A stretch of DNA of 64,000 nucleotides, taken from contig JAHJEV010000003.1 in the NCBI GenBank assembly GCA_018825365.1, positions 174,619 to 238,618 of the forward strand, in the 5' to 3' direction. The notes beneath the pieces are model-generated. The model was not told where the DNA came from and made no database searches. It worked only from the letters and a program-made list of their open reading frames with translations. Position 1 is the first letter of the stretch. Each line of letters starts with the position of its first letter. Shown here in pieces: positions 1 through 9,021 of the stretch. Made by a program: the position numbers and the translations under genes. The DNA is from Patescibacteria group bacterium (GTDB lineage: Bacteria; Patescibacteriota; WWE3; UBA101185; UBA10185).

Positions 1-574
1 TTTCCATATCAACATTTCCGATTCCCAGGTACCTAACTATCGTTTGAATTTTCTTGCAAAACTCAACTGCATCTTTTATTTCAGTAAAAATAGGTTTAGT
101 AACTATCTCAACTAAAGGAATTCCGGACTTATTAAAATCAAGGAGTGTTTTGTCTTTCAAATGAAGGGACTTGGCGACATCTTCCTCGAGGTGAACGTGG
201 TCGATTTCTGCTTTGCCCCCCAAGTCAAGTTCGATGTAACCCCCAAGACATAAAGGATTTTTGTATTGGCTTATTTGGTAGCCTTTTGGAAGATCGGGAT
301 AAAAATAATGTTTTCTATCAAACCAGGTGTTTTTATTTACTTGGGAGTTTAAAGCAAGACCCAATAACTGCGTTTTTCTGATAGCCTCCTTGTTGGGAAC
401 CGGTAAGGCGCCGGGAAGTCCAAGACATGTGGGACATGTGAGTGAGTTTGGCTCCTTTTCCCAAATTTCTGCTGGACAGCTGCAAAACATCTTCTTTTTA
501 GTACTTAGATGAAGATGCACCTCAAGCCCCAGTACTAACTTATATTTATCTTTTAGTAATTCTTTTTCAGTCAT
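1..574 (-). CDS. gatB: Asp/Glu-tRNA amidotransferase subunit B, N-terminal part. The gene runs off the 5' edge of the window.
   Basis: Not in the ORF track because there is no stop codon in the window. Minus-strand translation from the ATG at 574 reads MTEKELLKDKYKLVLGLEVHLHLSTKKKMFCSCPAEIWEKEPNSLTCPTCLGLPGALPVPNKEAI, which matches the conserved GatB N-terminus (GLEVH...CPVCLGLPGALPVLN). It lies in the same operon orientation as gatC/gatA. Confidence 0.85.
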   Translation of the reverse strand, partial: MTEKELLKDKYKLVLGLEVHLHLSTKKKMFCSCPAEIWEKEPNSLTCPTCLGLPGALPVPNKEAIRKTQLLGLALNSQVNKNTWFDRKHYFYPDLPKGYQISQYKNPLCLGGYIELDLGGKAEIDHVHLEEDVAKSLHLKDKTLLDFNKSGIPLVEIVTKPIFTEIKDAVEFCKKIQTIVRYLGIGNVDME

Positions 575-575
575 T

Positions 576-1256
576 TTAATAACCAGTTCTTCTAAAAACT
601 ACTTCGTCTAGATTAATATCATCAAACAAAACCGCCGCCTCAACAATCCTTGCAACATTTTCCGGATCCATTGCCTCACTCAAATCCCTACTTACATCCG
701 CATTTTTGAACAGATTAGTTTTCATAAGTCCAGGATAAATCCCAACAACTTTGATATTGTATTTTTCAAGTTCTTTGCTTAAGGCTTTTGTAAAGCCTGT
801 AACTGCCCATTTTGAGGCTATATAAATACTTCTCTCGGCTTTAACCTCAATACCATCAATGGAGTTTATATTGATAATCTTTCCTGATTTTTGTTTTTTC
901 ATTACGGGAAGAACCGACTTTGTCATGTTTATTGTTCCTACCGAGTTGACAAGCAAAACTCTTGCAATGTCATCGTAATTATTTTCGTCAAGTTCCCCAC
1001 CAACCCAAACACCGGCGTTATTTACTAACACATCTATCTTCCCGTACTTCCGCTCAATCTCTAAAATTACTTTTTTTATTTGTTCAACATTTGTAATATC
1101 GCAAAGATATTTCCCGCATCTAAGTTCATTTGCCGTAACATCAAGTTCTTCTTTCTTATTTGAAATTATGATCACCTCATTATCCATATGAAGTTTACGA
1201 GCTATTTCTTTTCCGAGTCCTTCAGACCCGCCGGTTATTAAAATTACTTTTTTCAT
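576..1256 (-). CDS. short-chain dehydrogenase/reductase (SDR) family oxidoreductase
   Basis: N-terminal Rossmann motif ITGGSEGLGKEIARKL. There is a YxxxK-like catalytic segment (IYIASKWAV) and the length is typical of classical SDRs. Confidence 0.8.
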   Translation of the reverse strand: MKKVILITGGSEGLGKEIARKLHMDNEVIIISNKKEELDVTANELRCGKYLCDITNVEQIKKVILEIERKYGKIDVLVNNAGVWVGGELDENNYDDIARVLLVNSVGTINMTKSVLPVMKKQKSGKIININSIDGIEVKAERSIYIASKWAVTGFTKALSKELEKYNIKVVGIYPGLMKTNLFKNADVSRDLSEAMDPENVARIVEAAVLFDDINLDEVVFRRTGY

Positions 1257-1642
1257 ATTCTTAAACCCAACGACTGCAAAGCAGTCTTTAAAACTTGAAT
1301 TGATTCAGTAATAACAAAATGGGGAGGTTCGTATCCCGATTCGTGCACTAAATTATTCCTAATCTTATGCGCTTCCCATATTTTGTTATACAAATTCCGA
1401 TCAAACATGTTTTCGGCATTTTTAAGCCTGTCCCCCATTGTTTCTCCGTCAACCATGTCCCTTAAGGCATTATCTAAAGTTTTGTCCGCGGTAATTAAAG
1501 CGTTTTTCAAAGAAGACGGGCCTTTTTGAGATATCAAAATCGATATACTCCTCCAGTCGGATACTATATTCTTTTCAGTTAATTGCGTAACTGTTCTTCT
1601 TGATGTTTTATTTCCGCCAAATAGTAAATTAAATATGTTCAT
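1253..1642 (-). CDS. hypothetical protein with an HEPN-like R-x4-H motif (HepT/DUF86-like)
   Basis: 129 aa. The C-terminal segment WEAHKIRNNLVHESGY fits the HEPN Rx4-6H signature seen in HepT-type RNase toxins. No cognate nucleotidyltransferase partner is adjacent. Its start and stop overlap gatA and the SDR gene by 4 nt each. Confidence 0.45.
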   Translation of the reverse strand: MNIFNLLFGGNKTSRRTVTQLTEKNIVSDWRSISILISQKGPSSLKNALITADKTLDNALRDMVDGETMGDRLKNAENMFDRNLYNKIWEAHKIRNNLVHESGYEPPHFVITESIQVLKTALQSLGLRI

Positions 1643-3060
1643 AGTTTTGGTTTTAACCTATGAAATTCCGTTTCGTTTTGAAATTTTTTAGCCACGTTTA
1701 AGATCATATCTTCATCATACATTTTTCCAATAAACTGAATTCCCACAGGGAGACCTTCAGATAAACCACAGGGAATACTGATTCCCGTAATTCCCGCGAT
1801 AGCGCTTGGTTCTGACAACACAGCCATTAATTCTCCAAACATTGAAGATTTTTCACCCCCACCTAATTTCATAGCAACACAGGGAAGAGTGGGCGCTACT
1901 AATAAGTCAACTTCCTCGAAAGCCTTATTAAAATCCTCAATTATTAAGGTCCTTACTCTCTGGGCCTTTTGGTAGGCACCGCTTAATGTTGCGTTTAAGG
2001 AGTAAGACCCAAGCATTATTCTTTTCCTGGCTTCAAATCCAAAACTACCTCTATCATTTCCATATCTTATTCCGTCGTACCTCGCTAGATTTGATGACAC
2101 CTCAGATCTTTGAATTATCGTATAAACTGCGATTGAGTATTTTGGATCCAGTAGATCCATGTCAATAATCTCCGCGCCCAAATCTTTCAGAATCTTTAAG
2201 GCCTCGTCAATTCTTTTTCTTACACCCTCTTCCATCTCTAATTTAAAATACGATCTAGGTTTTCCGATTCTTAGTCCTTTTAATGTAAATTCCTTACTTA
2301 AATAATCCGGCACTGGTACGCTGGAAGTTGTGGCGTCATTTACATCTTTACCGGCAATTACTTTTAAAACAAAGGCTGCATCCTCAACTGTTTTTGTTAT
2401 TATACCCGGACTATCAGTAGACGAAGCCATAGCAATGACTCCGTATCTACTTACTCTTCCATAGGACGGTTTAAGGCCTGCAACACCGCACCAAGAAGCC
2501 GGCGTTCTTATGCTGTCTGCTGTTTCTGTGCCTGTTGCAAAAATACACATACCAGAAGCGACGGCCGCAGCGGATCCTCCAGATGACCCCCCAGACATTC
2601 TTTTTATGTTCCAAGGGTTTCTGGTTGGGAAAAAATCAGATGTTTCCGTGGACGAACCATGTGCGAATGCGTCCATGTTGGTTTTTCCTAAAAGAATAGC
2701 TCCCGCTTCCTTAAGTCTTCCCGTTACGGTAGATTCATAAGGCGGAATGTAATTATTTAAAATGTTTGAGCTAGCCGTTGTAAGAACTCCTTTAGTAGAA
2801 TAATTATCTTTACATGCATAGGGAATTCCCAAAAGTGACTTTCTTTCAAATATCACGGCTCCTTCTTTTTCAATTTCTTTATCGGCAACCTCCGCCTGCT
2901 TTAAGGCAAGCTCTCCTGTAACGGTTACAAAGGCCTTTATTTTCTTATCGTGTTTTTTTATAGTTGTGAGACAAGATTTTGTTAAATCAACTGATGTAAA
3001 CTTCCCAGTTTTTAAACCCTCTAAAGCTTCTGATAAATTGAGTTTGTTTAAATCTTTCAT
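1639..3060 (-). CDS. gatA: Glu-tRNA(Gln)/Asp-tRNA(Asn) amidotransferase subunit A
   Basis: Amidase signature GGSSGGSAAAVASG with a Ser-cisSer-Lys context. 473 aa. Immediately downstream of gatC. Confidence 0.95.
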   Translation of the reverse strand: MKDLNKLNLSEALEGLKTGKFTSVDLTKSCLTTIKKHDKKIKAFVTVTGELALKQAEVADKEIEKEGAVIFERKSLLGIPYACKDNYSTKGVLTTASSNILNNYIPPYESTVTGRLKEAGAILLGKTNMDAFAHGSSTETSDFFPTRNPWNIKRMSGGSSGGSAAAVASGMCIFATGTETADSIRTPASWCGVAGLKPSYGRVSRYGVIAMASSTDSPGIITKTVEDAAFVLKVIAGKDVNDATTSSVPVPDYLSKEFTLKGLRIGKPRSYFKLEMEEGVRKRIDEALKILKDLGAEIIDMDLLDPKYSIAVYTIIQRSEVSSNLARYDGIRYGNDRGSFGFEARKRIMLGSYSLNATLSGAYQKAQRVRTLIIEDFNKAFEEVDLLVAPTLPCVAMKLGGGEKSSMFGELMAVLSEPSAIAGITGISIPCGLSEGLPVGIQFIGKMYDEDMILNVAKKFQNETEFHRLKPKL

Positions 3061-3353
3061 CTATCAAACACCGCCTTTGTGGCAAAAAGTCCATTTGATT
3101 GCTCCTTGGCATTAGACAAAGCTTCTTTTGATGTTATTGTTTTGGAATTTTTCTCATCCTGAAAAACATTAGTCAGACCTGTAACTTGGTTTGTTTCAGG
3201 AACCTTTGAAGTATCAAGCTCATCTAAAACTTCTAAGTATTTTAGCGTGTCGCTAAATAAAAGCACAAGTTTTTCTTCCTGACCTGAAACATCAAGATTT
3301 GACAAAACTGCCATTCTTTTTACTTCTTCTTCTGATATTTTTTTATCGGCCAT
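3057..3353 (-). CDS. gatC: Glu-tRNA(Gln)/Asp-tRNA(Asn) amidotransferase subunit C
   Basis: 98 aa. The N-terminus (MADKKISEEEVKRMAVLSNLDVSGQEE) is typical of GatC. It overlaps gatA by 4 nt. Confidence 0.85.
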   Translation of the reverse strand: MADKKISEEEVKRMAVLSNLDVSGQEEKLVLLFSDTLKYLEVLDELDTSKVPETNQVTGLTNVFQDEKNSKTITSKEALSNAKEQSNGLFATKAVFDR

Positions 3354-3404
3354 AACTTATGTTATTTAAGCAGATTTAGAGTTGAAATTAAAGACATTCG
3401 GAAA

Positions 3405-4310
3405 TTACATCGATTTCAATCTCTTGATTCTTTCCTCAATCGGCGGGTGGGTATCAAATAGATTTGAGACAGAACTCTTAATTTTGTTTCTTACAGGGTC
3501 GGTGATGTATAAATGGGCCGTAGCACTGTTTGCTACCTCAAGAATTTCTGTATCCTGACTTATTTTTCTCAAAGCATCCGCCAGACCTCTAGGATACCTC
3601 GTAATAAGTGCAGCTGTTGAGTCCGCCAGAAACTCACGCTTTCTGCTTACAGCAAGCTTTATGAGAGTTGCAACAAAGGGGCTTAAAATAAGGAGGACAA
3701 GACCCACCAAAAATAAAATCCCTCCAAGTTCTCCCTCACTACTACTGCTTCTCCTCCGACCTCTGAAAAATAAACCTCTTGTAAACCAGTCTGCTAACAA
3801 AGATATTGTTCCAACAAGAATTGTAACTATACACATAAGTCTCGTATCAAAATTTCCAATATGAGACATCTCATGGGCAACAACACCTTCAAGTTCCCTT
3901 TTATCAAGTCTATGAATTATGCCACTTGTAAAGCAGATAGTTGAATGTTGAGGGTCCCTTCCAGTTGCAAATGCGTTCATCGAAGAATCGTCTATTATGT
4001 ACACCTTAGGCTTTGGGATACCTGATGCAATACACATATTTTCAACAAGGTTGTGGAGATCCGGAGCTTCCTGGGGAGTAACTTCTTTGGCTTTAGAAAC
4101 TGCAAGAACAACCTTATCTGAGCTATAGTACGAAAATAGACCGGAAAATCCAGCAATAATTAAAGCAAAACTTAAAAATGAGATTCCACTTCCGTCATAA
4201 AAGTAGTTTCCAACAAACCATCCAATAAAGCATGTGACCGCAACAAAAAATACCATAATAACAAAAGTGTCCCTCTTATTTGAGCCAATGTTTTGATATA
4301 TGTTTGGCAT
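3405..4310 (-). CDS. htpX: zinc metalloprotease HtpX (M48 family)
   Basis: HEMSHI HExxH motif and N-terminal TM helices. It is adjacent to lemA, a common pairing. Confidence 0.85.
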   Translation of the reverse strand: MPNIYQNIGSNKRDTFVIMVFFVAVTCFIGWFVGNYFYDGSGISFLSFALIIAGFSGLFSYYSSDKVVLAVSKAKEVTPQEAPDLHNLVENMCIASGIPKPKVYIIDDSSMNAFATGRDPQHSTICFTSGIIHRLDKRELEGVVAHEMSHIGNFDTRLMCIVTILVGTISLLADWFTRGLFFRGRRRSSSSEGELGGILFLVGLVLLILSPFVATLIKLAVSRKREFLADSTAALITRYPRGLADALRKISQDTEILEVANSATAHLYITDPVRNKIKSSVSNLFDTHPPIEERIKRLKSM

Positions 4311-4326
4311 TTTTCACTAATCAGAC

Positions 4327-4557
4327 CTAACCTTTTTTCCACCTAGGTAGGGTAGGCATCGTTTCATCTACCATGTTCTCAGCTTCTTCTTTTGTTTTCC
4401 CCATAAACTTCATAGTAGCACCTATGTTACCTGCTCTTACCTGCACCCTTGTAGCTAAACCTCCGGTTTTTTGATCCTGGCAGTAGACACAATACCTTCC
4501 ATCCTTCTTAGATATAAACTTCCCATTAAGCGGCATACCACAGCTTTCGCACATCAT
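4327..4557 (-). CDS. zinc-ribbon domain protein
   Basis: 76 aa with a CxxC...CxxC arrangement (CESCGMPLNG...CVYCQDQ). Confidence 0.6.
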   Translation of the reverse strand: MMCESCGMPLNGKFISKKDGRYCVYCQDQKTGGLATRVQVRAGNIGATMKFMGKTKEEAENMVDETMPTLPRWKKG

Positions 4558-4609
4558 ATGAGTACCTCCTTTAAATGAGACGGCCTTTGGATTTCTAAGA
4601 CTGTCCTAA

Positions 4610-5155
4610 TTAAAACTTTACCTCAACTAGCTTCTTTTCCGGTTCCTCAGCTTCAAAAAACTCCTGTTGCTTGAATCCAAACATCCCAGCAATCAAATTG
4701 CTTGGGAACACAACAATCTTTTCGTTAAATTGTCTAACAACGCTGTTGTAAAACTGTCTCGAGTAGGCAACTTTGTCTTCTGTGTCGGATAGTTCTTTTT
4801 GTAGGTTTACAAACCCTTCCTGAGCTTTAAGTTCCGGGTAAGCTTCGGCAATGGCAAGAAGCCTTCCAAGCGCGCCCCCCAAAATTTTATCCGCCTCACC
4901 AGCTTCTTTTGGAGTTTTTGCAGACATTAAAGCCACCCTTGCGCTGGTAACACTCTCAAACACTTCCTTCTCATGAGCCGCGTAACCTTTTACTGTCTCT
5001 ACGATGTTTGGAATAAGGTCTGCCCTTCTTTTTAGCTGCACATCAATCTGACTCCACGCCTCTTTTATCTTTACATTCAAAGAAACGAGTCCATTGTAAA
5101 TACTAATAATCAAAACCGCCAATACTATAGCGATCAACAATACTGTGTATAGCAT
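4610..5155 (-). CDS. lemA: LemA family protein
   Basis: N-terminal TM helix followed by the characteristic LemA region (NGLVSLNVKIKEAWSQIDVQLKRRADLIPNIVETVKGYAAHE). Confidence 0.85.
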   Translation of the reverse strand: MLYTVLLIAIVLAVLIISIYNGLVSLNVKIKEAWSQIDVQLKRRADLIPNIVETVKGYAAHEKEVFESVTSARVALMSAKTPKEAGEADKILGGALGRLLAIAEAYPELKAQEGFVNLQKELSDTEDKVAYSRQFYNSVVRQFNEKIVVFPSNLIAGMFGFKQQEFFEAEEPEKKLVEVKF

Positions 5156-5197
5156 TAAAACTTCACCTCCTTAAAAACTAATACGATACTCTATATA

Positions 5198-6949
5198 TTA
5201 TCTTATACTTAAATGCTTAACAAATTTTTCGTAAGGCAGTGTATTTAAGATATCTTTTTTCTCGGCCCAACCCCTTCTTGCGTTGTCTATCCCGTATTTC
5301 ATATAGTCTAGCTGGTCAATTGAATGAGCATCTGAGTTTATAACAAGTTTAACACCCCACGAAATTGCACTTTTAATCAGATCATCAGGAAGATCAAGTC
5401 TATTTGGTTGACCATTTATTTCTAAAATAACTCCCCTGTCCCTTGCTGCATCAAAAATCTTATTCCAATCAGGATCTGACGGATCTCTCTCGTTTAACAT
5501 TCTTCCTGAAGGATGAGCAATTATATTCACATAAGGATTTTCAATTGCTGAAAGAAGCCGTTTGGTTACGGTCTTTTTATCTTGATTTAACGATGTGTGA
5601 ATTCCTGCTATTACAAAATCTAGATTCTTAAGAATATCTTCCGGGAGGGCTAAAGATTCGTCCACCGATATATTCACCTCGTATCCATATAAAACTTTGA
5701 CATCTTTTTGGGAAGTATTAATCTCATCAATTTTTTTCCTTGTATCACGTATCGTTTTTAAAACAGTCCCTAAACCTCGGGATTGTATACTTGGGGAGTG
5801 GTCGGTAATTCCGAGGTATTCGTACCCAAGATTTTTTGCTGCCTCAACCATCTCCTCAATGGTATTTAGACCATCTGAAAAATTCGTGTGGACATGCAAA
5901 TCCCCTTTAATATCTTTAAGGTCGATAAGTTCCGGTAGTTTATTTTTTAGTGCTGCTTCAATTTCAAAATTCCCATGTCTTATCTCAGGGGGAATATATG
6001 GAAGTCCGATTTCTCTATAGAAACCCCTTTCACCTGAAAACTCCTTAACATTATCGCCCCTTTTAATCCCATACTCAGAAAGGGACATTCCTTTAGTTAA
6101 AGCGTGATTTCTAAGTAAAATATTGTGCTGTTTTGAACCTGTGAAATATTGAAGCATTGCCCCGTAAGCCTGCGGTGTGCTTACTCTAATGTCAACCTGA
6201 ACCTCATTTTTTAATACAACACTGGCTTTTTTGTCCCCCTCAACCAAAATTTCCTCAACTTCCGGAAATTTTAAAAAGTGTTTTATTACACTTTCGGGCT
6301 TGTTAGTTGCGATTGGTATATCCAAATCCCCAATTGTTGGATTTCTTCTCCTAAAAGAACCGGCTGCCTCCATTTCTACAACTTCTTTGCATTTTTCCAT
6401 ATGTTTTTTGATCCGATCAACTATCTCTTCGGCATGGATAATAAGCAGTCTTTGCTTTAAATTTTTAGTCATCTTCAGCTCACCTATCGCATCCTGTATA
6501 GATTTCTCCATTTTTTCACCAAAGCCTTCCAATACTTGAATTTTTCCCTTTTCAGCCGCATCCTTTAGCTTATCTAAGGCTGTTTCTCTATCACCAAGCT
6601 TAAAAGCCAGTGCGAGTTTGTATGCTCTTTTAGCCCCAATACCTCTTAAACCAATAAGAGCAAACATTCCCTCGGGTAAGTCCTCTTTTATACTTTCAAA
6701 CTCAGATACAACGCCGGTTGAGAACAACTCGTTAAGATGAGCCTCAATTCCCGGACCGACACCGGGGATTTCTTTAAGTCTTTTGTTTTCCCAAAGGTCA
6801 TAAATAGAAACTGTGATATTATCTAATATTGAAATAGCGTTTTGATAGGCTCGTACACGGAAGGGATTGACGCCCTTTACTTCCATCGCGGCGAGAATCT
6901 CTTTAAGTAAAGTTACAACTGCCTTATTTGAGAGTCTTTTTCCTTCCAT
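5198..6949 (-). CDS. polX: DNA polymerase X family protein with C-terminal PHP phosphoesterase domain
   Basis: HhH/pol-beta-like N-terminal half (GVGPGIEAHL, nucleotidyltransferase GDLDI). PHP motifs are present (DLHVHTNFSDG, GITDHS). Confidence 0.85.
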   Translation of the reverse strand: MEGKRLSNKAVVTLLKEILAAMEVKGVNPFRVRAYQNAISILDNITVSIYDLWENKRLKEIPGVGPGIEAHLNELFSTGVVSEFESIKEDLPEGMFALIGLRGIGAKRAYKLALAFKLGDRETALDKLKDAAEKGKIQVLEGFGEKMEKSIQDAIGELKMTKNLKQRLLIIHAEEIVDRIKKHMEKCKEVVEMEAAGSFRRRNPTIGDLDIPIATNKPESVIKHFLKFPEVEEILVEGDKKASVVLKNEVQVDIRVSTPQAYGAMLQYFTGSKQHNILLRNHALTKGMSLSEYGIKRGDNVKEFSGERGFYREIGLPYIPPEIRHGNFEIEAALKNKLPELIDLKDIKGDLHVHTNFSDGLNTIEEMVEAAKNLGYEYLGITDHSPSIQSRGLGTVLKTIRDTRKKIDEINTSQKDVKVLYGYEVNISVDESLALPEDILKNLDFVIAGIHTSLNQDKKTVTKRLLSAIENPYVNIIAHPSGRMLNERDPSDPDWNKIFDAARDRGVILEINGQPNRLDLPDDLIKSAISWGVKLVINSDAHSIDQLDYMKYGIDNARRGWAEKKDILNTLPYEKFVKHLSIR

Positions 6950-7047
6950 AGTTTAATTTTATCAAAAATAGCGCCTTGAAGCAGGGGTTTTTCTTTTGTT
7001 GACCAGAAAATCCTTTACTGATAGTATAGGGACTGCATTGTGAATGT

Positions 7048-7125
7048 GGGGTCGTAGCTCAGCTAGGTTAGAGCGCTGCTCTGTCACAGCAGAGGTCACG
7101 GGTTCGAATCCCGCCGGCCCCGCCA
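7048..7125 (+). tRNA. tRNA-Asp (anticodon GTC)
   Basis: Manual cloverleaf: acceptor GGGGTCG/CGGCCCC, D-arm GCTC-AGCTAGGTTA-GAGC, anticodon loop CTGTCAC, T-loop TTCGAAT, encoded CCA. An upstream promoter-like TTGACC-N17-TAGTAT lies at 6999-7027. Confidence 0.85.
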
Positions 7126-7183
7126 CGATAAATTGCCCGTTTCCTAAATGCTCTGTTTTTCCAATTTTGGTTAGGTTAAAAGA

Positions 7184-7230
7184 AAGAACCTCAGCTTTTT
7201 TGGTTTTTAAGCCTAAAAGTTGAGGTTCTT
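7184..7230 (-). terminator. rho-independent terminator hairpin
   Basis: Inverted repeat AAGAACCTCAGCTTTT / AAAAGTTGAGGTTCTT (16 bp, 1 mismatch) with a 15-nt loop. It sits 18 nt after the stop of the 7249..7623 gene and is T-rich downstream on the minus strand. Confidence 0.6.
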
Positions 7231-7248
7231 GATTTCTATGGCAGAAGG

Positions 7249-7623
7249 CTAAGCGAGATTGCAACCGCTGAGCATAATCATGCCACTGCCTGCGAGATCA
7301 TTTGCATCTTTTCCGGTTATACCGAGGGTTGCAGGAGTGATGACGTCCCAAAAGCCCAGCGCTTTGCCGACCGCGAACAGAATGAACGCTGTGCGCTGGC
7401 TTCCAATGACAGCACCTACTTCAATGTACGAGGGTCCTTCTGAAAGAGCGTGAGGTCCTTCGTACCCGGCGAGAAGCTGTTTCAGAGAATCCTTGTTCGC
7501 TTGAGCTTTCGGCGTGTTGACGGCCACCTTAAGATTGTGGATCTGTACAACAGTCGTGTCGGGGGAGTCTTCCTTTTCGCTGAGACAGCCCATCAAAAGA
7601 TCGTGTAACTTCTGAAGATCCAT
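7249..7623 (-). CDS. hypothetical protein; GC-rich (~50% vs ~35% locally), likely horizontally acquired
   Basis: Long ORF with strikingly elevated GC. The second Met (MDLQKLHDLL...) is preceded by GGAGGAA at RBS spacing, so the start is probably 7623 rather than 7635. No recognisable domain. Confidence 0.55.
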   Translation of the reverse strand: MDLQKLHDLLMGCLSEKEDSPDTTVVQIHNLKVAVNTPKAQANKDSLKQLLAGYEGPHALSEGPSYIEVGAVIGSQRTAFILFAVGKALGFWDVITPATLGITGKDANDLAGSGMIMLSGCNLA

Positions 7624-7777
7624 GTGTTCCTCCAATTCGTTGATTTGTAGAGCCTTATTTGGCTTTTATGCTACGCATTTTACCATAGTAATCTACTTAT
7701 GTAAACTACAGGTTAAGCGTGTTTTTACAGCACATTCCTTTCTAAAACAGCACTTTTGTTACTGGACACTGAGCTAA

Positions 7778-7810
7778 AAAAGTTCCAAGTACGTCCCACA
7801 CGCCCCGCCA
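7778..7810 (+). repeat. 33-bp direct repeat, copy 1 (AAAAGTTCCAAGTACGTCCCACACGCCCCGCCA)
   Basis: One of three near-identical copies at 7778, 8400 and 9022, with a 622-bp period. The 3' part GCCCCGCCA equals the tRNA-Asp acceptor/CCA end and the 5' part GTTCCAAGT resembles its T-loop. Confidence 0.9.
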
Positions 7811-7852
7811 GTTAAAAAACCAAACCTTTGGTTACTCTAGCAAGCTCCAAAA

Positions 7853-7860
7853 TGTATAAT
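7853..7860 (+). promoter_or_regulatory. extended -10 promoter element (TGTATAAT) driving a leaderless transcript
   Basis: TGnTATAAT ends 6 nt before the ATG at 7867, so the predicted TSS coincides with the A of the start codon. No Shine-Dalgarno sequence is present. Confidence 0.45.
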
Positions 7861-7866
7861 GTGTTT

Positions 7867-8400
7867 ATGAAAACCATCGATCTATCCCAACCTCTTTATG
7901 ATGGAATGGATGTTTACCCAGGTGATCCCAAGGTACATATAAAACAAATTCACACTTTGGATAAAGAGGGTTGGAGACTTAGATACCTTCAATTCTCAAC
8001 CCACATTGGTACCCATGCAGATGCCCTTGCCCATATGGACAATAAAGGAGCAACGATCGATAAAATACCTATCAGTAAATTTATAGGTAAAACGGTACTG
8101 GTTAAACCCAGTGACACTTTTCCCAAAGAAGTCGGTCTCGCCTTCAGAGATAGCATCTTAGGAGTGGATCTTTTAAAGAAAATCATAGAGGCAAAACCAC
8201 TCTTTGTCGTAGTTGGAGGTAAGAGTGACTTTGAGCTTGAGATGGAGAGAAAGCTTCTTCAGGCTGGAATTATCACAATGGCTGAGTTGGTAAATATGGA
8301 CAAATTACCAAGAAATAAACCTTTTATGTTCTACGGAGTTCCACTAAATATCAAAGACGGAGATGGTTCTCCGATTAGGGCGTTTGCAGTTATAGAGTAA
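7867..8400 (+). CDS. cyclase family protein / kynurenine formamidase-like
   Basis: HxGTHxDxxxH metal-binding motif (STHIGTHADALAHM). N-terminus MKTIDLSQPLYDGMDVYPGDP is typical of the family. The ORF-track start at 7828 is a TTG; the ATG at 7867 is preferred. Confidence 0.75.
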   Translation: MKTIDLSQPLYDGMDVYPGDPKVHIKQIHTLDKEGWRLRYLQFSTHIGTHADALAHMDNKGATIDKIPISKFIGKTVLVKPSDTFPKEVGLAFRDSILGVDLLKKIIEAKPLFVVVGGKSDFELEMERKLLQAGIITMAELVNMDKLPRNKPFMFYGVPLNIKDGDGSPIRAFAVIE

Positions 8401-8432
8401 AAAGTTCCAAGTACGTCCCACACGCCCCACCA
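8400..8432 (+). repeat. 33-bp direct repeat, copy 2
   Basis: AAAAGTTCCAAGTACGTCCCACACGCCCCACCA, with one substitution relative to copies 1 and 3. It lies between the convergent ends of the cyclase and glycosylase genes. Confidence 0.9.
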
Positions 8433-8438
8433 AGAAAG

Positions 8439-8993
8439 CTATAGGAGGTATCTATAAGGATTTTTGTTTCCCTTTAATCTACTGTTTATCCCAACTCTCT
8501 TTGCAGATTTAATAGATGAATGGAGATCCCCCGCATTCTCCAGATATAACTTATCTCCAGTTAGATCCTCACCATATAAACTTAGTGTTATTCCAAATGA
8601 TTTACATAAATTTCCAGGAGATTTTGTTAAATCAGATACTTTTTTAACACCTTTGTCAAAGTTTAACCTCATTATCTCAATACCATCTTTTGGTATAACA
8701 GCTCTTATGAAAACTACATCCGGGATATCTTTTTTGTTAACGACTACAGCAAGTTGGTAATGTAAACCATAAATGAGGTACACATAAGCGTAACCTCCCT
8801 CCTTATACATTATTTCAGTCCTTGGAGTTCTCCTATTTCCATGTGACACATCAATAAAAGCAGGGTACGCTTCGACTTCTGAAATAATTCCACTAACCAA
8901 ACCTTTTTCTGAATTATAAACCAGCTTTTTTCCGAGAAATTCTTTTGCTACATCTAGAGCGGGCTTTAAGTAAAAGCTTTTCTCAATCTTCAT
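8439..8993 (-). CDS. mpg: DNA-3-methyladenine glycosylase (Mpg/AAG family)
   Basis: Family signature SEVEAYPAFIDVSHGNRRTPRTEIMYKEGGYAYVYLIYGLHYQLAVVV, matching ETEAY...D.ASHA..G.T.RN..MF..G..YVY..YG.H.C.NVV. Confidence 0.8.
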   Translation of the reverse strand: MKIEKSFYLKPALDVAKEFLGKKLVYNSEKGLVSGIISEVEAYPAFIDVSHGNRRTPRTEIMYKEGGYAYVYLIYGLHYQLAVVVNKKDIPDVVFIRAVIPKDGIEIMRLNFDKGVKKVSDLTKSPGNLCKSFGITLSLYGEDLTGDKLYLENAGDLHSSIKSAKRVGINSRLKGNKNPYRYLL

Positions 8994-9021
8994 AGCTACA
9001 TTTTATCAAATTCCTGGAAAT

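Noticed and set aside
145-512. Two short plus-strand ORFs at the window start
   Set aside because: They lie antisense within the gatB coding region (minus strand).
6962-7264. 100-aa minus-strand ORF
   Set aside because: It overlaps the tRNA-Asp gene and the terminator hairpin. It is an artefact of GC-rich structured DNA.
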